This document shows positions 54,589-58,408 of a stretch of 58,408 nt of DNA, in pieces. A model generated the notes under the pieces. The model did not search any database and was not told the origin of the DNA. It saw only the letters and a program-made list of their open reading frames with translations. The stretch's first letter is position 1; each line of letters begins with the position of its first letter. The stretch is from Treponema sp. (GTDB taxonomy: Bacteria > Spirochaetota > Spirochaetia > Treponematales > Breznakiellaceae), in the NCBI GenBank assembly GCA_031276815.1, contig JAISMJ010000093.1:1-58408 (forward strand), in the 5' to 3' direction. Both the position numbers and the translations under genes were made by a program.

Positions 54589-55965
54589 TCAGTTTTTTGC
54601 AATGCCGTGTTTTTTTAATTTCGCATGGAGATTACCGGGGTATATGCCGATGGCGGCAGCGGTTTTGCTTATGTTATAATCGTTATTACGGTATTGCCAT
54701 GAAAAATACTCTTTTTCAAACGCTGCTTTCGCCTTGTTGTACGGAAACGTCATAATGTCCGCCGGAAGCGTCCCCGTATCGTCGGTTTTGGCTGGGATCC
54801 TCGTGGGTTTCCGCAATAAATCAGCGGCGGCTTTTCCGGTAATGTGGGTGTGTTCAGACAGCGCCACGACGCGTTCCGCAAAGTTTCTGAGTTCCCGTAC
54901 ATTGCCGGGCCACGTATAGGAAAGCAAGGTCGCTATGGCGTCTTCGTCAAACGTTATGAATGAAGCTCTTACATTATTCATGGTACTCAAGAAACAGGAT
55001 AAAAGCGCCGGTATGTCATCGGCATGTTCCCGAAGCGGGGGTATATGTATCGGAATGACGTTGAGCCTGAAAAAAAGGTCCTGCCTTACACGTCCGGCTG
55101 CACATTCTTCTTCTAAATTTTTATTAGTCGCCGCTATGATGCGGACGTCCACCGGTATTGAGCGTTCTCCTCCCAAAGGGGTTATTTTCCGCTCCTGTAT
55201 GACGCGCAACACTTTTGCTTGAGCTGCGGGGGACATATCGCCGATCTCGTCAAGAAAAAGGGTCCCGTGATCCGCCATTTCAAAACGCCCGATACGGTTC
55301 GATACCGCGCCGGTAAACGCGCCTTTTTCGTATCCGAATAACTCGCTCTCGATAAGCGTATCGGGAATAGCCGCGCAGTTGACTTCCACAAAAAGCGCCT
55401 TTTTTCTTTCGGAATAATGATGAATCGCATGAGCGACGACATCTTTTCCCGCTCCGCTTTCGCCGGTTATGAGGACGCGGGAATCACAGGAGGCAGCCTG
55501 CTTAACCAGATTCCGCACCTGTTCTATCCGTTTGCTCGTTCCTATGATGATTTCCTGCTGAACGTCGGAGTTCCGCTTGAGCGCCTGATTCTCCTCTTTG
55601 AGCGCGTGGATGGAAAAGGCGTTCCGGCACACGGTAAGAACCTTTTCCAAAGAGAGCGGTTTTTCCAGAAAATCAAATGCGCCCAATTTCACAGCGCGTA
55701 CCGCCATATCCACGTTGGCATGACCGGAAATCATAACTATTTCAACGGAAGGATGGTTTTCACGGATTTTTTCAAGCGCTTCAAGCCCTCCTATGAAGGG
55801 AAGCAGCACATCAAGAAAGATGATGTCGATGTCTTCCTTCGCAAGTATCTCAAACGCAATCTGGGCATCTTCCGCGCCAAGCGTGCGATACCCTTCATCT
55901 TCCAGCACAAGCCCCAGAGTTCTTCGTATATTCGCTTCGTCGTCTACAATAAGAATATTTTTCAT
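54589..55965 (-). CDS. Sigma54-dependent response regulator (NtrC family: receiver + AAA+ + Fis-type HTH)
   Basis: Receiver (IIFLDVLLP, GAFDFLEKP). AAA+ (GESGAGKDVVA, GAFTGA, LFLDEIGDM, RVIAATN). C-terminal HTH (NISKTAAAIGIYPGNLHAKLKKHGI). Confidence 0.92.
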   Translation of the reverse strand: MKNILIVDDEANIRRTLGLVLEDEGYRTLGAEDAQIAFEILAKEDIDIIFLDVLLPFIGGLEALEKIRENHPSVEIVMISGHANVDMAVRAVKLGAFDFLEKPLSLEKVLTVCRNAFSIHALKEENQALKRNSDVQQEIIIGTSKRIEQVRNLVKQAASCDSRVLITGESGAGKDVVAHAIHHYSERKKALFVEVNCAAIPDTLIESELFGYEKGAFTGAVSNRIGRFEMADHGTLFLDEIGDMSPAAQAKVLRVIQERKITPLGGERSIPVDVRIIAATNKNLEEECAAGRVRQDLFFRLNVIPIHIPPLREHADDIPALLSCFLSTMNNVRASFITFDEDAIATLLSYTWPGNVRELRNFAERVVALSEHTHITGKAAADLLRKPTRIPAKTDDTGTLPADIMTFPYNKAKAAFEKEYFSWQYRNNDYNISKTAAAIGIYPGNLHAKLKKHGIAKN

Positions 55966-55985
55966 AGCGCCCGTACGTAAAAAGA

Positions 55986-58118
55986 TTAGGCTTTTTTGGC
56001 TGCGCGCTCTTTTATTGCGCGCTTAAAAATGGCGTCTGCATCTATCTTTTCGTCCACGCCGAATTGCGGCACGACCCCTTTGCCTTCAATGCTGCGGAAT
56101 ACGAGCGTTGCGGGCGGGTTGTATGCCCAGCTATGCGCGTTACTCAGAAAATAATCCAGCACGGTTGTAATGGAAAGCGTAAAGAGGAGCAGCGATGCGT
56201 TGTGCCGCTTCTGCTGCCCCAAAAGCATGTCAAGACGTTTCGAGATGGGTCCCGCTACTTGAAACACATACGGTTTCCATGGGTTTGCAATCCCCTCGCA
56301 CTCGGCTTTCGTATCGGTATCGCTTGCTTTCACGGCTTTCTCTATTTCCCCATACACAAGGGCAAGGTTTGTACGTAATGTTCGTACTTGGCGGTACAGG
56401 GGGGTAACTTCTTTTTTCTGGAAAGCGTTCGCCGTTGTTGAGTTTTGAGCGGCATAGTGCAGGTGAGGGAAGAAATAGAGCCGTTTTACAAAGTACATTT
56501 CATCAAGTATACGCCGCGCAAAGGGAGATGTCCGGGCGCCCGCAAATTCAGACACTACCTGGCAGTATTCGCTTAAACGGGGCACGTACTCTTTATCAAG
56601 GCTGTCTTCAACATAATCATGCCAATTATTTATGAGATCAGCCATTTCCGCGTCCAGTTTACCGCCGCCCTCACTGCCGCTTATCGGCGTAAACGTTATG
56701 GAACGCATCCCAATAAGCAGTTCCTCAATAATACGCGCGAGGATGCTTAATTGTAGCATGGGATCGGTGGGCGCCATAAGCTCGTACCCTTTTGTCATCT
56801 GCAACAGCCCCCTGAAATACGGATAGAGATCGGGATAATCGGGTAGTTTATCCCAGCCCGCTTCTGGAAACATGATTTCAAGATTAGAGAGACCCTTCTC
56901 AAGGATTTTCTTTTCCGTTTCGAGAGCCTGCCGCCGCACTTCTTCAAGCTCGTTCTTTGCGTCTATTTGAGCGGATTCATCGCTTGTTCCGGACTGCGCT
57001 TTCTCCCCGTGTTGGAACTTCTGTTTTGGCGGAGCTAGTACATCCACCGGCGCAATCCGATCGGATTCCTTGACATTGAGCAACGCCATGATACAGTTTT
57101 TCCGTTCCACAAAGAAACGTTCATAGGGAATACATTTATTAGAAACGAGTTTCATTAAGAGCGGATAAAGGCGGAAGTGAATGTCCTTGCGGAGCATGAT
57201 AAATGCGAACAGACTGTTTTTCACCAACGTCTGGTACTTGTTTGCGTCCATGGGATTTTCTATAAAAAGCTGCTTATAGAGGAGTTTATAACTGCCTTTT
57301 ATGTGCTTGTCCATATTTAAATTCTCCAGAATAAAAAGCGGTTTATAGATTGCCTGTAGGATATCGGTAAAGTCTTTCACCATTACGTTTCTGGGGTGCG
57401 CCTGCATCTTCGCCATATCGCTCGCTATCCGTGCAATATTCCAATACCGAATGACGTCAAGTACCGCATAGGCAAAGGGCGAACTTTTTCTTATTTGTTC
57501 ATTACGTTTGAGGTTATTCCGCGGGCATAAGGTTCTTGTGGAGATGACAAGGGTCTCTAACACCTTGTAGTATTCATTCATCCGTTTCGTAACAAAAACA
57601 GGAGCGACTAAATCCGCCGGTCTTGTAATAAAAGAACAGAGCGATAGCACGACCTGCGATAGATTCTTTATATCAAAATCGGGTTTGAACGCCAGATCGT
57701 CCATTTTGAGCCGTTCAATATAACTCTGTCTCACTGCCTTTGAAGGATCGTCATCCGGATTCTTTATCCCTATATTCGAATCAGAATGGTTTTTCAACAG
57801 GGATGATTCATCGGATGCTAGTTCTATCCGGTGTTTCGGTATTTTCGGACCGGATGACGAGCGTGAACCGGCTCCTGAACTATTGGTTGTTTTTGCTCCT
57901 GCGGTCTTTGAGGGCACCATATGTGCCGCCTTTGAAGCGGCGGTCCGCTCTACGCCGACCTTCCCGCCCAGCACCTTGGACATTCGCTGGGCTTCATCAC
58001 GGCTAACGTTACCTAACCGTTTCCGCACGCTATCTAATTCACCGGGCGCATAGATTGCTTTTTCTTTTCCCATTTCGCTTACTACACCCTCATATACAGC
58101 TTTTGACCTAAACCGCAA
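55986..58118 (-). CDS. Large hypothetical protein (mostly helical, Ser/Gly/Ala-rich linker near the N-terminus)
   Basis: 710-aa ORF with host-like GC. Its stop lies 21 nt before the response-regulator start. The true start may be the ATG at 58073 (MGKEKAIY). No motif recognised. Confidence 0.6.
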   Translation of the reverse strand: MRFRSKAVYEGVVSEMGKEKAIYAPGELDSVRKRLGNVSRDEAQRMSKVLGGKVGVERTAASKAAHMVPSKTAGAKTTNSSGAGSRSSSGPKIPKHRIELASDESSLLKNHSDSNIGIKNPDDDPSKAVRQSYIERLKMDDLAFKPDFDIKNLSQVVLSLCSFITRPADLVAPVFVTKRMNEYYKVLETLVISTRTLCPRNNLKRNEQIRKSSPFAYAVLDVIRYWNIARIASDMAKMQAHPRNVMVKDFTDILQAIYKPLFILENLNMDKHIKGSYKLLYKQLFIENPMDANKYQTLVKNSLFAFIMLRKDIHFRLYPLLMKLVSNKCIPYERFFVERKNCIMALLNVKESDRIAPVDVLAPPKQKFQHGEKAQSGTSDESAQIDAKNELEEVRRQALETEKKILEKGLSNLEIMFPEAGWDKLPDYPDLYPYFRGLLQMTKGYELMAPTDPMLQLSILARIIEELLIGMRSITFTPISGSEGGGKLDAEMADLINNWHDYVEDSLDKEYVPRLSEYCQVVSEFAGARTSPFARRILDEMYFVKRLYFFPHLHYAAQNSTTANAFQKKEVTPLYRQVRTLRTNLALVYGEIEKAVKASDTDTKAECEGIANPWKPYVFQVAGPISKRLDMLLGQQKRHNASLLLFTLSITTVLDYFLSNAHSWAYNPPATLVFRSIEGKGVVPQFGVDEKIDADAIFKRAIKERAAKKA

Positions 58119-58408
58119 AGGTTATGAACGTGTATTTGTTCCGCCTCTGAAGTAACCAGCATACCATTATAATATCCAAGGGATATATGATACTCCGCAT
58201 GTGTTATAAATAAATTTAATTCATTGCCAATCGGTTCTTGTGGGGTAAATACAAGGTCTATCATACCCTCCATGTCCTGAATTATCCAGTCCGATTGAAG
58301 CCCATTAGGCTGGGTTATGCGTACAGGCGGCAAGGGCGTTACTTTATCTTCGACCCATAGGGCGTTTTCGTTATTCTTGAAGGTTTCTTTTGCCTGATTC
58401 TCCCCTAT
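58082..58408 (-). CDS. C-terminal part of a DUF2804-like protein (5' end lies outside the window)
   Basis: The frame stays open to nt 58408 (...NENALWVEDKVTPLPPVRITQP...). WIIQDMEGMIDLVFTPQ and the YNGMLV...G segment resemble DUF2804 from memory. Confidence 0.45.
   Translation of the reverse strand: MGENQAKETFKNNENALWVEDKVTPLPPVRITQPNGLQSDWIIQDMEGMIDLVFTPQEPIGNELNLFITHAEYHISLGYYNGMLVTSEAEQIHVHNLCGLGQKLYMRV

Overview
This is a 58.4-kb bacterial chromosomal window. Gene content and lipobox style look spirochaete/Treponema-like, but that is inference only and no search was possible. GC-rich housekeeping genes make up most of it: tgt, glyQS, rpiA, fused aroD-aroE, argA, htpG, guaB, an aminotransferase and tRNA-Thr(CGU). 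Visibly AT-richer accessory islets are interspersed. These include a RelE-type toxin with a truncated antitoxin and a DUF2829/Tad2-like gene, a TPR+DUF4375 gene and a DinB gene, a large LRR protein, two paralogous secreted FGE-sulfatase-domain proteins (one fused to a caspase domain), a MacB/Lol-like ABC cluster, and three glycosyltransferases. Three long intergenic tandem arrays (8.7-9.1 kb, 20.0-20.8 kb, 38.3-38.7 kb) have 21-23-bp units, each built round a short palindrome, and each lies 5' of a minus-strand gene. The stand-out is a tightly packed eight-gene minus-strand operon at 39.1-54.3 kb. It encodes, in order: (1) a vWA-like lipoprotein; (2) a small polytopic membrane protein; (3) a 1672-aa protein with an N-terminal tubulin/FtsZ-like GTPase motif set and a C-terminal actin/Hsp70 (ASKHA)-like ATPase motif set; (4-6) three coiled-coil or membrane proteins sharing an unrecognised ~112-aa C-terminal domain; (7) a further membrane/helical protein; (8) a membrane-anchored YegI-like kinase-fold protein whose catalytic Asp is replaced. 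A sigma54-type response regulator sits immediately upstream. I cannot match this architecture to any described system. All calls come from reading the ORF translations and the DNA by eye; no database or structure search was run.
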